From positions 201,557 through 265,556 of the forward strand of contig JADBKP010000001.1 in the NCBI GenBank assembly GCA_014896315.1: DNA of 64,000 nucleotides, written 5' to 3'. The notes under the pieces were generated by a model. The model saw only the letters and a list, made by a program, of their open reading frames with translations. It was not told the DNA's origin and did no database searches. Of this stretch, positions 63,425 to 64,000 are shown in pieces. The translations under genes and the position numbers were made by a program. Numbering within the stretch: position 1 is the first letter of the stretch; the number at the start of each line of letters is the position of its first letter. The DNA is from Limnochordales bacterium (GTDB lineage Bacteria; Bacillota; Limnochordia; Limnochordales; DUMU01).

Positions 63425-64000
63425 CTACCTTTGCTGCTGAAGAAGTTTGGTAGCCTGTTCGTGGATCTGTGTCAGAGCCTCCTCCGGTATCAGCTCACCT
63501 CTCCAGAGCCTGGCCATCGTACTGTTGACCAGCGAATCAAGCTTCGCATCGGCTATCAGGTAAGGCGAGTAGCTGGCCGGGTCAAAGGCTGTCTGGAAGA
63601 AGACCATCCAGTTGTCGGGCAGGTTAGGCATAGCCTTCGGGTACTGCAACATCGCCTCCCGCAACGAGGGCATGCGCGCCGTGAACCTGGTCAGCTCCAG
63701 CTGACGGTTCACATCGGCCACGAGATAGCGCACCCACCTCCAGGCAGCCTCCTTGTTCTTGCTGGTTGCCACAATCTGAAAGCCATCGGGGTTCACCCGG
63801 GCCGCCCGGCTAACCGCCCCTTTTGGTTGGAGGGCGATTCCCCACTTAAACTTCACGTCAGACAGGTAAGTCTTGATCACGCCCGGCCCGTAAGCCAGAG
63901 TTAATCCAGCCTTGCCGTTCCACACCGAGTACGAACTGCTGAACGATTCGACCTTGTCCACCACCATAAGCTGGTAGAGCCACTTGACCGCCTTCAACAC
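63425..64000 (-). CDS. ABC-transporter extracellular solute-binding protein, C-terminal part (5' end beyond the window)
   Basis: The ORF is open to the window edge. Its Trp/Tyr/Lys-rich composition and C-terminal helix 'ALTQIHEQATKLLQQQ' are typical of family-1 sugar-binding proteins. The assignment is tentative. Confidence 0.55.
   Translation of the reverse strand: MLKAVKWLYQLMVVDKVESFSSSYSVWNGKAGLTLAYGPGVIKTYLSDVKFKWGIALQPKGAVSRAARVNPDGFQIVATSKNKEAAWRWVRYLVADVNRQLELTRFTARMPSLREAMLQYPKAMPNLPDNWMVFFQTAFDPASYSPYLIADAKLDSLVNSTMARLWRGELIPEEALTQIHEQATKLLQQQR

Noticed and set aside
1-64000. Search for tRNA, rRNA, tmRNA or riboswitch-like leaders
   Set aside because: I noticed no cloverleaf-compatible GTTCGAATC-type T-arm contexts, no rRNA-like conserved blocks and no recognisable riboswitch cores. 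This is a visual scan only; tRNAscan-SE or Infernal would settle it.

Overview
GC-rich bacterial accessory region with Gram-positive-style GGAGG ribosome-binding sites. Nearly all genes are on the minus strand. All homology statements below come from motif recognition and by-eye alignment; no database search or computation was possible.

Layout:
(i) 1-3.8 kb: a UvrD/helicase-IV-like helicase, open to the window edge and therefore absent from the ORF track. It is preceded by a WecB-type 2-epimerase paralog carrying a microsatellite-encoded Gly/Ser/Pro linker.
(ii) 4-22 kb: a scrambled defence/mobile island. It holds two translationally coupled unknown genes (one with a PD-(D/E)xK-like core) and a decayed ImmA-like gene. 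It also holds a four-gene Cas10(HD)-Cas5-Cas11-Cas7-like effector operon; I see no CRISPR array, cas1/2 or cas6 in the window, and the Cas10-like protein has no GGDD cyclase motif in the palm. The rest of the island is an IS3-family element split by a nested IS21-family element (4-bp GCCG duplication), IS debris, a PIN(DUF4411-like)/ImmA-IrrE pair, capD and wecB pseudogene copies, and a SecB-like chaperone plus nuclease-like gene pair.
(iii) 22.3-48.2 kb: a cell-surface polysaccharide locus. It encodes a priming phosphotransferase, CapD-like dehydratase, WecB, six glycosyltransferases, a Wzy-like polymerase, a MurJ-family flippase, a glucuronyl C5-epimerase homolog and WbpA/B/E/D-like genes. 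IS1182- and IS110-family elements interrupt it.
(iv) 49.2-51.2 kb: a 662-aa flagellin with a sigma-28-type promoter.
(v) 51-64 kb: a carbohydrate-utilisation patch with a LacI regulator, solute-binding proteins, a 1187-aa DUF2961/GH172-like protein, an SGNH esterase and an Rpn-like nuclease. It is interleaved with four copies of a modular 0.4-1 kb non-coding repeat; three of them are followed by a different simple-sequence repeat.

Best candidates for something new: the array-less Cas10-like module with its neighbouring unknown gene pair, the SecB-like/nuclease-like pair, and the intergenic repeat family.
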